Positions 47,859-61,272 of a stretch of 64,000 nt of DNA are shown here, in pieces. A program made the position numbers and the translations under genes. Within the stretch, counting starts at the first letter, position 1. Each line of letters opens with the position of its first letter. This stretch comes from Okamejei kenojei (lineage: Eukaryota), in NCBI GenBank assembly GCA_035221665.1, contig CM069145.1:13020001-13084000 (forward strand). The letters run 5' to 3'. The notes below the pieces were generated by a model that was given only the letters and a program-made list of their open reading frames with translations, was not told where the DNA came from and ran no database searches.

Positions 47859-48924
47859 TTATCTCTTCTCTTCATACTTTACATTGTCATAGCCATGCTC
47901 AGAATCTAGTCCAGACAATTAAACTGCAGTTCTGTTGGTTTGTTGCTATACCTTCACCTCACTTACCAGCATACTACATTATTCTGAAGGCAGACTGTTA
48001 GATTTAGAACCCTGCCCAAATCTACATTTTATATTTCCTTCTCTGCTGGAGGCTTTTATTACAGATTTACAGTATCTGCCTGTTTTTGTTTTGATTTCTG
48101 TTCCAAAGTAAGTTGTAGTTTTTTCTCTATGTTACTGCCCTTGGAGGTATTGCTGGTATCTACATGTCCCCTGCACATGGTAATATAGGCATGTTCAACA
48201 AGAAGTCATTGAACGTGAATCAAAATCAGCAACCGTGCATGAGATTTTGCTCGACCATGTTTGACACTAGGGTTCCACTCTATTCCAGGACTCGGGTGCC
48301 AGCCACAGAAAGCAGTTTGCAACAAACAGTGGATTACATAAATTGGGAGCTGCAAATCTTTAAAACTATGACAAGTTGTGTGGCTTTCATAGGCTCGGCA
48401 ATAAAATGTCAATGTTTTGAAAATTCAAGCAGAACCAAAACATGTAAATAAATTGCTGCTTTAATTTAACAAGAATAGAACGTTTCAAACTGGGTTTGAT
48501 GTTGCATTGAAGTAATGTTACCTATGAGAGTAGTGTAACAGCTACAAATTGATTGCAGCAACTCAGAAGTGTTATCACTGCTTCATTAGCTCAATATTGC
48601 ATAAAGCCAGTGGTAATAATTTCCAGTGTACACACACAAGGACCTTGTTTTATTTTTACTCGTTTGGCTCCACTGCACAAAGCAGAGGTACGGGTAGTAT
48701 TTTCCCGAGATTAAATTCAAGGCACTTCCACACTCCTGACTTTGCATATTAATGGTGAATGAAACGAGCTCTTCTGAAGTTAATTCCAGAACACTAGCAT
48801 GCCATTGGCACCTTTGATGCAAATATCCATGTGCATCTTTATTATGTATGAAATTAAAATACGATTTATACCAATGTCTGTGGTGATGAGTTCCATATTT
48901 CTTTAATCAGTTTCTTGATAAAGA

Positions 48925-49078
48925 ATGTGTAAGAAAGAACTGCAGATGCTGGTTTAAACCGTAGGTAGACACAAAATGCTGGAGTACTCAGCAGAACAGG
49001 CAGCATCTCTGGAGAGAAGGAATGGGTGACGTTTCGGATCGAGACCCTTCCTCAGACTGATGTCAGGGTAGTGGGGGA
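48925..49078 (-). mobile_element. Penelope terminal repeat with intact hammerhead core
   Basis: Minus strand 49055-49028: CTGAGGA A GGGT CTCG ATCC GAAAC GTC. Confidence 0.85.
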
Positions 49079-52000
49079 GTGATTAAAAATGCTTCTAATT
49101 TTTCCATTTCTCCTCTTAGTAACTATTTGACATTCATTGTTCTGGCTTTCCAGGTGCAAAGAAACTCTTCCCCATTTTCACAATGTTTATACACCTCCAT
49201 TAGGGCAACCTTCAGCTTTCCTTTTCAGGAGAAAATAACTCATCCGGTACTTCCTTTCCTGATTATATAGCTTATCTAACATCAACAAATATGTTGTCTT
49301 TATAGCCTTCGGGTAAGCAGATAATTATAAATGCTACACAGTAAGCAGGCAACACAATCTGTGATCTTTCAGTTGATATTCTGAATGTATGGGATTATTT
49401 TGGAGATATGTTAAGTATCTTGCAAGCAGTTAAAAAGGTGCTTGGGTACCTATCATTTACATTCTTTTCTCCGCCAGTCTGGGCCAGTGGTTTGCATGGT
49501 GCTGCAGACACACAATGTGTCTACTGTCTCTGGATGACCTGTAACTGTAGATTGATAGACTGACGCGTGTCCTGGGGTTAGGTTTCACATTACTCACCAG
49601 TTTGCTGCAATGCCAGAATGGAGTTAATGGCTGATGCATCAGGCGTTGTCAATAGAATCCCAATCTAGATCTAGCAGATGGCTTTACAGAGGCTGTCTAT
49701 CAGGGTCCATCTGTCCACTCAACAAACCCTCTTGTGAGTTACAGCAGGCCTTGCCGGCATATGGTTGGAGAATTTAACACCCACCATAATAATGGGATCA
49801 TTTTCTGTTTCTTCCAAAATGAACTTAAATGACCTTATACTCATTTTAATAAAGCTCACACAGCAATCATTTTAATGGGAACATTGAAATGTTCTTTTTA
49901 TTACTCTGATATATGAATTTAATTAAAAAAAAACGGCTCATTTTTTGGAACAGGTTGGTTTTAAATGTGGCTATTACCAAAGAACACACACCACAAAATG
50001 TGGTGGACAACTGTCTCAAGAAGATCATTGTAAAGGTTAAACATCTAACTACCACTAAACAATAAATTAATACCTAAATGGTAGTAATAAAATAAGATGC
50101 TTAATGGCAATTTTGCTTTTGTTTTCAAAATCAAAATTCTGAAAACATTTATTGCATTACTTTCCACATTGTTAGCTATGGGTCAGTGAACATCTGACTT
50201 ACTCAATAAAATAATGTGTTTGAGTTTGTTTTTAATCGCTATTTTGCTCTGGAGTAGAATGATATCTCTGGCATTTTATTCCGTCCCATCCATTGATTTG
50301 TGATATTAACCTCCTGTATATTTGAAAGATAAACAATGTTTATACTCTTGGAGTAATAAATCTCAAATATTGCTCTGTGGTGCACTTCATATTGCTGTTT
50401 CACTGCGTTTATTACGTCCCACTTTTTGCCTCACGTGGAATATTTTCAATTAATTTATAAGACATCTTTCTTATAGATAACATACCGCTCAGAAAATTTG
50501 AAGTTGAACTATGAAAATGTAAATGGCCAGGTAAACATGTCTCAGATTGATATGTTTTAACAATAAACTAAAAATCAAGTTTATTAGAGGTGCCCAAAAG
50601 CCTTATTGTTTTAATACCAGTTCTATTGTCTGTCTGGATTTGTATGTCTGTGCTTTTATTGGTAATGTAAATCAGGTAACTCATGCACACAGCTGGAGGT
50701 TACTGATCCAATGTAATAGAATAAAGAGGCTGTGCTAATTTACAAATTTAATATTAGTTAACATGATTAATGTACAGCTTTAACAGAGTTCATGTTATAT
50801 TTTCTCATACTTAGGTAAAATTATTTCGCAAAACTTTTTTGTTCTTTATTTTCAAGGCATATGGATATAGGAAAAATGCAACCTAAAATGTGTTTCTCTG
50901 GTATAGATGTGATAGTCTACATTTTTGCCTTGTGATCTGTATCACTTTTTTTAGACACTGCATGGTGATTTTTTGTCCTTTTTAAATTTTGAATAATTAA
51001 TGTATCAGCCAACACTACAAATCAAGGCAGAGCTGCCACCATTTAGTGTATATCAGTTAAAAACTTTGGGAGATTTGTACCATAAAATGTCAATGGATCA
51101 TTTAAATTAAGAGATATAATTCTTTTGTGTGTGAAGTTAAAGGCTTTGAATCAGTTTCAGGTACAAACATAAAATGCCTTCTATATTTATAAGAAACTTC
51201 AACTGTGTTTACGACTGAATTGCCCCATTAAAATCAGGAAGTGTAAAATAACATTCCTTATAAAAACTAATATTTGTCGCTCATACTGTATAAAAATTAT
51301 ACTTAATTGGCCTGGCTCAATAATTTTACAGTGCTGTGCAAACTGACCACCACAAATTGGGCATGGTAACCTCTGGTCATTATTTCCATCGGTGAGATGG
51401 AGCTTTGAAAGAAAAAAACTTAGTGTATCCTTAACAAGTAAGTGTGAAGATTAGTTCTGAAATTTACTGGAGATTTTACATTAATGTTACCATATCTCTT
51501 CATCTTATATTGAGGACTTGAGGACACAGCTGGTGTCTACATGGATAGCAAATAGAAGAGCGTGATCTTAATAAAAGTTTTATATGAAATTGATCTAGGT
51601 TGTAAATAATAGTAGCCTGACGGACTTGGTTGTAATGAAATCTTGAGCTATACTCTCTTAGTTTATAGCATCACACAAAAAAAATCAATTAGTTATTGCC
51701 GGCTTCACTCCCAGGTGACCACGTACCGTTTATATGAGATTCAGAAATAAAGTACAATTCAAACATTTTATTGAAAGATACATTTCATCAATTGTCAGGA
51801 TTTTTTTTTTAAGTTTCTAGTTTTCGAAAAATGGCAAATATTATGAAAAATCATCCTTGTCGATGTGCACACTGCAATTTACTTTTGAGACTAGTATTCC
51901 CATTTTCGAGGGATGTTTATGGTCATATTTGCCTCACAACCAAGCATGACCTCAATCTGGCCTTTATCCTATTACTAACCTAGCAACATATCACGGGTTA

Positions 52001-52564
52001 TTAAGATATCACTGTCTTAACAACTGCAACTATTTTTCAGCAATGTTTATCTGCTTGAAATGTTTGATCCACATTGATATCAGTCTCCAACCTCCTTACA
52101 GTGAGGCAGAACATCACTCAGGATGAGGTTTAATTGCAGCCATTGATCCCAGACAATGGGCAAAATCTGCTGGAATTATTGAATGTGATACTTGAGGACT
52201 TACTACTTTCAAAGTGATGTGCACCATTACAAAGATGACAGCCTATCCATAGTGTAAACAGCTATTACATTTTTTTTGGCATTTAAACTAATAGAGTAGT
52301 TATGTTTGCCTCCAATAACACCCCGTCTCAACTATGGAGTGAGGTTTGTATGGGCAGAAGCTGAGTTCCATTGTTTCCTACTGAAACACCAGCACGAAAC
52401 TAAGGAGATCATAAGGATCTGACAAACCTAGATATATCAGTACCTAGCAATTTGCCAGACATTAAATAATACACCGCTTGCCTCAGTCAGCATATTACTC
52501 AGTTAATCTTGGTGGATCAATTAATATTTTGTTTGACAGTACTCCTGTGGGGAAAATTGCGTAT

Positions 52565-52920
52565 CAGTGCAGCTCAGTAGTAAATCTGGTAGACCTACTG
52601 CCTCACAGCTCCGAGACCCTAGTTTGATCATGACCTTGGGTGCTGTCTGTGTGGAGTTCACATGTTCTCATTACGACCACATGGCTATCTCCAGGTATTC
52701 CGGTTTTATCCCACATCCCAAAGGCATGCTTTCTTTCTAAAAACGAGACCATTTCTAGTTTAATTGGTTTTGTAAACTGCCCCTAGTGTATAGGGAGTGG
52801 ATGACAAAGTAAGATAACATAGAACTAGTGTGAACGGGTGATCGATGGTCGGGGTGGACTTGAAATGGGCTGAAGGTCGTGTTGGGCTGAAGGTCCTGTT
52901 TCCATTCTGTATCTTTCAAT
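52565..52920 (+). mobile_element. V-SINE (HE1-like), diverged
   Basis: ctgcctcacagctccgagaccc...ggtgctgtctgtgtggagtt...cccacatcccaaag...cctgtttccattctgtatct. Confidence 0.8.
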
Positions 52921-53669
52921 TGATGGATCTTTCACTCAATCAATATGCTCCTGAGCCAGCCTTGAACACATAATGCGTTTCCTCCATTGGCTTTGCCACC
53001 ACAAATAGCAAATTCAGGCAGGTCCAGGGCTGAAACCACGGATTTGGGGAAGAGGTCTCTTTGGTGGTGGTGATGGTTAGATGGTTACAGGCTGATCACT
53101 GAGCAACATGTTTGGTGTGAGACTTGACTATTTGATGAAATCCTGCTACTGAATGAATGCCCCATGAATGGTACAAGTCGTAATGGTTTTGGCTTCCAGA
53201 CATATATGTTGCAGGTGAGCGATCTCCATGAGATAGACCTATTGACTTTTGAACAGAAACCACAGATCACACAACTTGCATAAAGTTACCAGTTATTAGT
53301 AGTGTTTTTCTTCCCTCGTTTTCACGGGTCATTTCTGTACATCAAAGAAGTAGCATAAACGTATGCTTCAATTTTGGACTGCCCCTGCTTTTATGCATTA
53401 AATGCGTACTAAAGTTAGTGCAACAGCAAATCAGAAGTTATTAAAAAAACATATAATCACCAAATTGGGGCATTCTTGCTGTGAGAAAGTCAAGAAAATT
53501 ACGATCTGGCCTTGGCATTGCCTCTTGTTGTGAAGGAGCAATGTATATGAGAAATGGATCAACGCTATTACATTGACATATTACAGTGATATATTATAGT
53601 GATATGCAGCGGTGGAAACAATTAACAGGCTGTAATTCTAGGGAGTTAACATCTCGAATTACCTATCCT

Positions 53670-54100
53670 CAAACCAGAACAGATGTAAACATGAAGAAGG
53701 CGCACCAGTGCTTCTACTTTCTTAGAAGTTTAAGGAGATTCAGAATGTTGGCGAATACTATACCAAACTTCTGCAGATGTGCAGTACAATCCTGATTGGT
53801 TGCATCATGGCCTGATATAGCAATTACAATCTGGAACACAAGCTGCTGCAGAAAGTGGTGGACTCTGACCAAACCATTACAGACATAGACCTCTCCTCCA
53901 TTGAGAGCATCTATACGAGATGCTATCTCAAGAAGGTGGCATCTATCATCAAGGATCCCTATCATCCTGGTCATGTCCTCTTCTCAAGGCTACCATTGAG
54001 CAGGAGGTACAGAAGGCTGAAGTCCCACACCACAAGGTGCAGTAGCAGCTGCTTAGCTACAACTATCAGGTATTTGAACCAATTTGCTCAACCCTAAACC
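53670..54100 (+). mobile_element. Rex1/Babar-like LINE 3' fragment
   Basis: KKAHQCFYFLRSLRRF; CYLKKVASIIKDPYHPGHVLFSRLPLSRRYRRLKSHTTR. Confidence 0.82.
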
Positions 54101-54685
54101 TTCCTTGAAAATGAAACACTATGGTTCAACTCTTCCTTGATGATGGACTTGTTTTTTGATCAAATTATGTTTTTGGACAGGATAGAATTGATTTCTTATG
54201 ACTTTTCTGGACATGAATGTTACACCAATGAGTGGATTTGTTTCCCACAGATCAGCATCTTGAACAAGACATGATTTGCCTGATTCCAATGCTGACTCAC
54301 GTGTTGCTGCATGTTTAAATCAACATTTTTTCTACATATCTTCTGCACAAATAACAATGGGAAGAACACCAGCAAACACCTATGTTGCAAAAGTGCTGAA
54401 AAACCTGATACTTCATAAGAGAAAGCCACATCGAGGGATTGAAAATCTCACTGCAATAAGTCAAGAAGAACACATTGGCAATTTATAGAATTGATTCCTC
54501 TTTCCACACTGACAAATGTACACCTGTGTCCTCGTGAGGCCACCAAAACAGAGCAACAAATACTTCTCATAGTCCTAAACAGATGAAATGGATCACAGTC
54601 TGGTGAGATTCAAAATTTCATTCAGCTTCTACTTAACTAACCAAGAAACAAATGTCTTCCACAAAGGAAGGTTCCGACCTGTGTC

Positions 54686-55126
54686 TGTGGTTATGGGGAG
54701 AAGGCAGGAGAGAGAGGTAGATCAACCATGATTGAATGGCGGAGTAGACTTTTAGTATTTTTAGTTTTAGAGATACAGCGTGGAAACAGGCCCTTCGGCC
54801 CGCCGGGTCCGCACCGACCAGCGATCCCCGTATATTAACACTGTCCTACACACACTAGGGACAACTTTTACATTTGCCAAGCCAATTTACCTACAAACCT
54901 GTACGTTTTTGGAGTGTGGGAAGAAACCGAAGATCTCAGAGAAAACCCACGCAGGTCAAGGAGAGAACATACAAACTCCGTACAGACAGCACCCGTAGTC
55001 GGGATCGAACCCGGGTCTCCGGCACTGCATTCACTGTAAGGCAGCAACCGCTGCACCACCGTGTTGCCCCTCCACTTGATGGGCCGAATGGCCTAATTCT
55101 GCTCCTTTCACTTATGACCTTATGAC
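54686..55126. mobile_element. CR1 3' tail (+) split by a V-SINE (-, ~54752-55070)
   Basis: ggagtagactt | SINE reverse complement | acttgatgggccgaatggcc...cttatgaccttatgac. Confidence 0.85.
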
Positions 55127-55740
55127 CCAAAATGTGGCCTGTTTATTCCCTCCACTGATGCTGCCTGACCAGCTGAGTTCTCCAGCACTTTATATGCTGC
55201 TCATGATTCCTACACCTGCAGTTCCTTGTGTTTTTAGAATAATTAAAAAACGATAGACTGGGTGCTGGACATTTTAAATGAGAAGCATGCATCAAAGACT
55301 AGCCTTGCACTGATTTCATAGCATTACAAATACACACATTAGAATATTTAAACAGCATGTAATATCTTCAGGGTGCTTAGATATATCTTCAGGATAGTTT
55401 GTTCTTGCATCCCCTTGGAATGGAAACTGTAAAACTAGAAATTATGGATGGGGAATGTAAGATTTGGTATAGGTGCAGAATGTAATGTTGCTCACTGACA
55501 GATTCCTACATTTTCCAGCAGTGTGGAAGAGGGAATTTGGCAGAAGCTTATAATAATTCTCCACATCAAATTTTAATAAGAATTTAGTTATATGTTAAAT
55601 TGTTTACATTGTTTACCCCCCAACTTTATCTGCACTATTTTATAATTCTGCCAACAATATACCTCTATCTTTGCTTCTGATTTTGGAAGTATCATTTTGA
55701 ACTGGTCTGTCAATACTTGATTGATCCCATAGTGTATTCT

Positions 55741-55820
55741 CTGAAGAAGAGTCTCTATCCAAAACGCCACCCATTCCTTCTCTCCTGAGCTGCTGAGTTA
55801 CTCCAGCATTTTGTGTCAAT
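55741..55820 (+). mobile_element. Penelope terminal-repeat fragment with degenerate hammerhead core
   Basis: ctgaagaagagtctctatccaaaacgccacccattcc...gctgagttactccagcattttgtgtc. Confidence 0.7.
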
Positions 55821-57507
55821 CTCTCAATATACAATATCCAGGAAAGCCTCCATATTGTTTACAAATCCCAAATGTTTCACAAATGCTTTTGTTTTGATAA
55901 GGATGCTGGCATTCCATGCTAGCTTTGACATGCATGCTTACTTTAGTTCAGTTTATTATTGTCACGTGTACCGAGGTACAGTGAAAAATGTATAATCAAT
56001 CCATCCACAGTGTACAGTCAAAGGATAAGGGCATAACGTTTAGTCCAAGATAAAGTCCAGTAAAGTCTGATTAAAGATCATTCAAAGGTCTCCAATGAGG
56101 CTGCTCTCCAGTTGATGAGAGGACATTTCATTTGCTTGATAACAGATGCCCAGAGATGCCCAGCAAGTACATCAGATTGGAAATAATAAAATAAATTTAC
56201 TGTTCAGGAAACACAAGGGCTGTAACAAACTAAAGAGATGGTGAGTTATTACCACAGGGTAACCAAACATTGATCATAAACACCAACAGCGCAGCCCAAG
56301 AAATTATACACATTACAAATGTTCTGATCTCCATTATTTGTTTCAACAGAATACAGGCATCAAGAGGACAGAGTGAAACCAAAGGAATTTTCATCTGTCT
56401 GAAAAAAATGAGTGGAGAAGTGACAAGCAGGATCAGCCTTGAACCCTGAAATACTCCGGATGCCATCGATATGCCACAAATGTACCAAAACAGGTTAAGC
56501 AGATCATGCTTACTTTAAGCCCCAAACTAAACTGCAGATTCCCTCCAGTTTCCTAAATCAGAGTAAATGAAAGGCTATAATTAAAGCCTTGGAAAATTGA
56601 GTAAAGCTTAGTAGTAAAGTGATTCAGATAACTTACTTTTAAAAGTATTTCAGTTATCAGTTTAATTTATTGTCACGTGTACCGAGGTACAGGGAAAAGC
56701 TTTTGTTGCGTGCTATCCAGTCAGCAGAAAGACAATACTTGATTACAATCGAGCCATTTATAGTGTATAGATACATGATAAGGGAATAACGTTTAGTGCA
56801 AGGTAAAGCCAGGAAAGTCCGATCAAGGATAGTCCAAGGGTCACCAATGAGGTAGATAGTAGTCCAGCACTGCTCTCTGGTTGTGGTGGGATGATTGAGT
56901 GGTCTTTCAATTAAATGTTAATTGTTTTTATATTATCACTATTATTTTAACTGTTTTACTTTAGCAAATATAATGCTTGGAAATTAACTGAGCAATTTGA
57001 TAATTTGGAGAGAATGCTGTTTCTGGTGACTATATTTGAAAAGCATGAAATCATTAGTTCTGTGGGATAATTACAGGGATGATACAATATTTCAGTGAAT
57101 TACAATTGTCAATTTATCATACAGGGGCTATTCACCGCAAACATGATTTGAAGGGCAATGAAAGATGATACATATTTTAAAGTGTAATATGTGTAAACAT
57201 TCCACGAATAAAACACTTTTAATTATAAAGATACGCGCTTGCTGCTCCTTAATCAAGCCTGCCTGAGATGGCAGGCAATCTGTCATTGAGACTCTTTCAA
57301 TGGCAGTTCATCAAATGTTGATAGATAATGGGTTGCATAATGCGAGTTGCTCAGTTTTCAACCCAGTTATGGTCAGGGCTCACTATAAGAAGAATATGTT
57401 CTCAACCTGTGAAGCAGCATTTTGTAATGGCGTGATGTGGATTCCCACCATGAAGATTCAGAAATAATTACACACGCGCTTTAATTTAAAATCCTTCTGC
57501 AACAGAT

Positions 57508-57640
57508 GTTTAGTTTAGTTTAGTTTAGTTTGGAGATACAGCACGGAAACAGGCCCTTGGCCCACCGAGTCCGTGCCGACCAGTGATTCCCTACACATAC
57601 TAGGAACAATTTACACTTGTACCAAGCCAATTAACCTACA
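57508..57640 (-). mobile_element. V-SINE 3' half with (TTTAG)n tail
   Basis: gtttagtttagtttagtttagtttggagatacagcacggaaacaggccc. Confidence 0.8.
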
Positions 57641-58029
57641 TAGTGGAGTGAAATCGTTTTTATGTTGTTGTTATGCCTGCACCTTTGTTGTGAGAGTGCC
57701 AGCTGGAGGTCTGCCTTCCTCTTCCTCCCTTGTCTGCACTTTCCAACACCAAAGAAACATGTGCATAGGGATGATTTGTTAAGGTACAGTACCCTCTCTT
57801 TAGGCAGGGAATTATTTTCATGTACAGTCTTTTTTTTTGTTTCACATGTATTAATAGTATTGTTTAAATTAAATTAGATATCCTCTCAGGGGAGTGGCAG
57901 TATTTGCTTCATATAGTGACTAGAATCCACAGTCTCTCTTATCACTTCCTGCATCCGGGTGCTTTATGAACGGCTGTTTTAGAACATAGGAGTTATAATC
58001 CTTTGGCACGTTGCTTTTTGCTAAATAAA

Positions 58030-58455
58030 ACAGGCACGAACATTGAATTCTCCAACTCTAGGTAAATTCCATCATAAACATCACCTTTCTTTCCCCTCTC
58101 CCCACCTCTTAGTCCTGGATGGCCCCTGCACCCATCTCTCCCCTCTCCTTCCCCTCTACCTACCTTCCTAAACAATCCGCACCTCCGCCAATCCTCTAGC
58201 TTCACAATTCGCAACTCACTTATTCCTTTGTCTCACACCTTGTGTGTGCTTATCTCTGGCCTTTGTTCAACCACCTGCCTTGAAAATCCCACTCTCCTGT
58301 GTTTAACTATGACCTACCATGCTTTGTCCTGCCCTCCACTCTATTAGCTTTCATTCACCTCTCCCACCCCTGCAAGCATCATGACCCAAAACTTCACCTA
58401 TCCTCCAGGTGATGCTGTCTGACCCGCTGAGTTACTCCCGCATTTTGTGTCTGTC
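58030..58455 (+). mobile_element. Penelope 3' end (ORF end plus terminal repeat), diverged
   Basis: ggcacgaacattgaattctccaactctaggtaa = GTNIEFSNSR*, pyrimidine-rich 3'UTR, family tail. Confidence 0.7.
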
Positions 58456-58556
58456 CATGTGTGCACATATGTTTCTTGCGGGTGCACCTCTCACCCCTTT
58501 CTACGATGACCATATACCCTCTCTTTAGCTGGCTGCTACGCCATCTTGTCAAACCT

Positions 58557-58788
58557 GGAGGTAGACACAAAAAGCTGGAGTAACTCAGCGGGTGAGGCTG
58601 CATTTCTGGAGAGAAAGAATGGACAACGTTTCGGGTCGAGACCCTTCTTCAGACTGATGTCAGGGTAGAATGTAGTCGAAGACAGTGAGACTAGTGGGAG
58701 AACTGGGAAGGGGAAGGGGATGGAGAGAGAAAGAAAGGGCTATCTGAAGTTAGAGGTCAATGTTCATACCGCTGGGGTGTAAACTACC
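58557..58788 (-). mobile_element. Penelope 3' end with intact hammerhead core, tail-to-tail with the previous copy
   Basis: Minus strand SLHPSGMNID..; core at 58652-58625: CTGAAGA A GGGT CTCG ACCC GAAAC GTT. Confidence 0.85.
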
Positions 58789-60538
58789 TTCGATCTCCTT
58801 CGACCTCCCTTCGACTGTTGAAGACTATCTACGACTATCTTCGACTACCCTCGATTACTACCCTAATAACATGCTGACCTACTACGACCTACTTCGACTA
58901 AATCTACGAGTTAAGAAAATATAGATTTTTTCCATGGCGACCTTTTTTTACTCGCGGGCATTTTTCAGCATGAGGAAAAATACACCGTGATGTAGCCGAG
59001 GCCTCGAGTATGAGGGGACTACTCTCAAGCGTGAAGGAGAGTTACAAAGACCTCCTAGAACCTCGTGTCGACCATCCTGCGAATATGACTATCTGCTCGT
59101 AGGTAATAATGGGGGGCATCTGGATAGAGGTAATAATGGGGCATTTGGATCGCAGTAAAAGGGTTAGTCCAAGTCAACATGGATTTATGAAAGGGAAATC
59201 ATGCTTGACTAATCTTCTGGAATTTTTTGAGGATGTGACAAGTAAAATGGATGAAGGGGTGCCAGTGGATGTAGTGTATCTAGACTTTCAGAAAGCCTTT
59301 GATAAGGTCCCGCACGGGAGACTGGTGACTAAAATTAGAGCACATGGTATTGGGGGTTGGGTGTTGACATGGATCGAAAATTGGTTGGCAGACCGGAAGC
59401 AAAGAGTAGGAGTGAACGGGTCCTTTTCAGAATGGCAGGCAGTGGCGAGTGGAGTGCTGCAAGGCTCGGTGTTGGGGCTGCAACTGTTTACCATATATAT
59501 TAATGATTTGGAAGAGGGAATTAGGAGCAACACTAGCAAGTTTGCGGATGACACAAAGCTGGGTGGCAGTATGAACTGTGAAGAGGATGTTAGGAGGTTG
59601 CAGGGTGACCTGGACAGGTTGAGTGAGTGGGCAGATGCATGGCAGATGCAGTATAATATAGATAAATGTTAAGTTATCCACTTTGGTGGCAAAAACAAGG
59701 GGGCAGATTATTATCTCAATGGGGTTAAGTTAAGTAAGGGGGAGGTGCAGCGAGGCCTGGGCGTCCTTGTACACCGGTCACTGAAAGTTGGCTTACAAGT
59801 ACAGCAGGCAGTGAAGAAAGCTAATGGAATGTTGGCCTTCATAACAAGAGGATTTCAGAAAAGGAGTAAAGAGTTTCTTCTGCAGTTGTGTAGGGCTCTG
59901 ATAAGACCACATCTGGAGTATTATGTACAGTTTTGGTCTCCTGATTTGAGTAAGGACATCCTTGTGATTGAGGCAGTGCAGCGTAGGTTCAAGAGATTGA
60001 TTCCTGGGATGGCGGGACTGCCATATGAGGAAAGATTGAAAAGACTAGGCTTGTATTCACTGGAGTTTAGAAGGATGAGGGGGGATCTTATAGAAACATA
60101 TAAAATTATAAAAGGACTGGACAAGCTAGATGCAGGAAAAATGTTCCCAATGTGGGGCGAGTCCAGAACCAGGGGCCACAGTCTTAGAATAAAGGGGAGG
60201 TCATTTAAGACTGACGTGAGAAAAAACTTTTTCACTCAGAGAGTTGTGCATTTATGGAATTCCCTGCCACAGAGGGCAGTGAAGGCCAAGTCACTGGATG
60301 GATTTAAGAGAGAGTTAGATAGAGCTCTAGGGGCTAGTGGAGTCAAGGGATTTGGGGAGAAGGCAGGCACGGGTTATTGATTGGGGCCGATCAGCCATGA
60401 TCACAATGAATGGTGGTGCTGGCTCGAAGAACCGAATGGCCTCCTCCTGCACCTATTTTCTATGTTTCTATGTTTCTATGAGTCGAGGGCAAACTCTTCG
60501 AAACTCGCCAATTAGTTCACCGCAGTGGGACAGCCCCT
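58789..60538. mobile_element. Harbinger-type MITE (left end missing) split by a CR1 insertion
   Basis: Right TIR CAGTGGGACAGCCCCT followed by TAA (60539-60541); internal ttttttactcg.gg.catttttca motif shared with the 41742 MITE; CGA-rich ~10-bp repeats at 58789-58910. Confidence 0.75.
59101..60480 (+). mobile_element. CR1-type LINE, 1.4-kb 5'-truncated, young
   Basis: QHGFMKGKSCLTNLLEFFE, YLDFQKAFDKVPH, SGVLQGSVLG, SKFADDTKL, RPHLEY; one in-frame stop at ~59670; (TTTCTATG)3 tail. Confidence 0.95.
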
Positions 60539-60682
60539 TAACTCAGCAAAATAGGCAGCATCTCTGCAGAAAAGGAATGGGTGACGTCTGAAGAAGGGTC
60601 GCGACCCAAAACCTCACCCATTCTCTCTATCCAGAGATGCTGCCTGTTCCGCCGAGTTACTGCAGCATTTTGTGTCTATCAT
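60539..60682. mobile_element. Penelope-derived foldback element, truncated on the left by the MITE
   Basis: taactcagc..gcatctctgcagaaaaggaatgggtgacgtCTGAAGAaGGGTcgcgACCCaaaacctcacccattc..gagttactgcagcattttgtgtc. Confidence 0.8.
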
Positions 60683-60809
60683 CGACATTGTATATAAAGC
60701 AGGCAGCCATCTGCTTTTATATACAGCCATCACATAAATGCCAGGAATTTGCCCTGAGGACCTGTTTGTTGTGTTGCAATAAATTGGATGACCTCACACA
60801 AGTAGTGAA

Positions 60810-61272
60810 GGCCAGGAATGAGTAGGTTAACCTATGATGAGCGTTTGTTGGCACTGGGCCTGTACTCGCTGGAGTTTAGAAGAGTGAGGGGGGACCTCAT
60901 TGAAACATATAGAATAGTGAAAGGCTTGGATAGAGTGGATGGGGAGAGGATGTTTCCACTAGAGGGAGAATCTAGGACTAGTCAGAGGCTCAGAATTAAA
61001 ATACATTCTTTTCCGAAGGAGATGAGGCAAAATTTATTTAGTCAGAGGGTGGTGAATCTGTGGAATTATTTGCCACAGAAGGCTGTGGAGGCCATCAGTG
61101 CATATTTTTAAGGCAGAGATAGATAGATTCTTGATTAATACAGGTGTCAGAGGTTATGGGGAGAAGGCAGGAGAATGGGGTTAAGAGGGAGAGATAGATC
61201 AGCCATGATTGAATGGCAGAGTAGGCTTGATGGTCCGAATGACTTAATTCTTCTTCTATCATTTATGATCTT
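60810..61272 (+). mobile_element. CR1-type LINE 3' fragment
   Basis: LGLYSLEFRRVRGDLIETY...FSQRVVNLWN. Confidence 0.9.

Noticed and set aside
58789-58910. Independent satellite or iteron array
   Set aside because: The degenerate CGA-containing 10-mers are better explained as internal repeats of the Harbinger-type MITE.
59109-60380. Functional reverse transcriptase gene
   Set aside because: 5'-truncated CR1 ORF2 with an in-frame stop; no endonuclease domain or ORF1.
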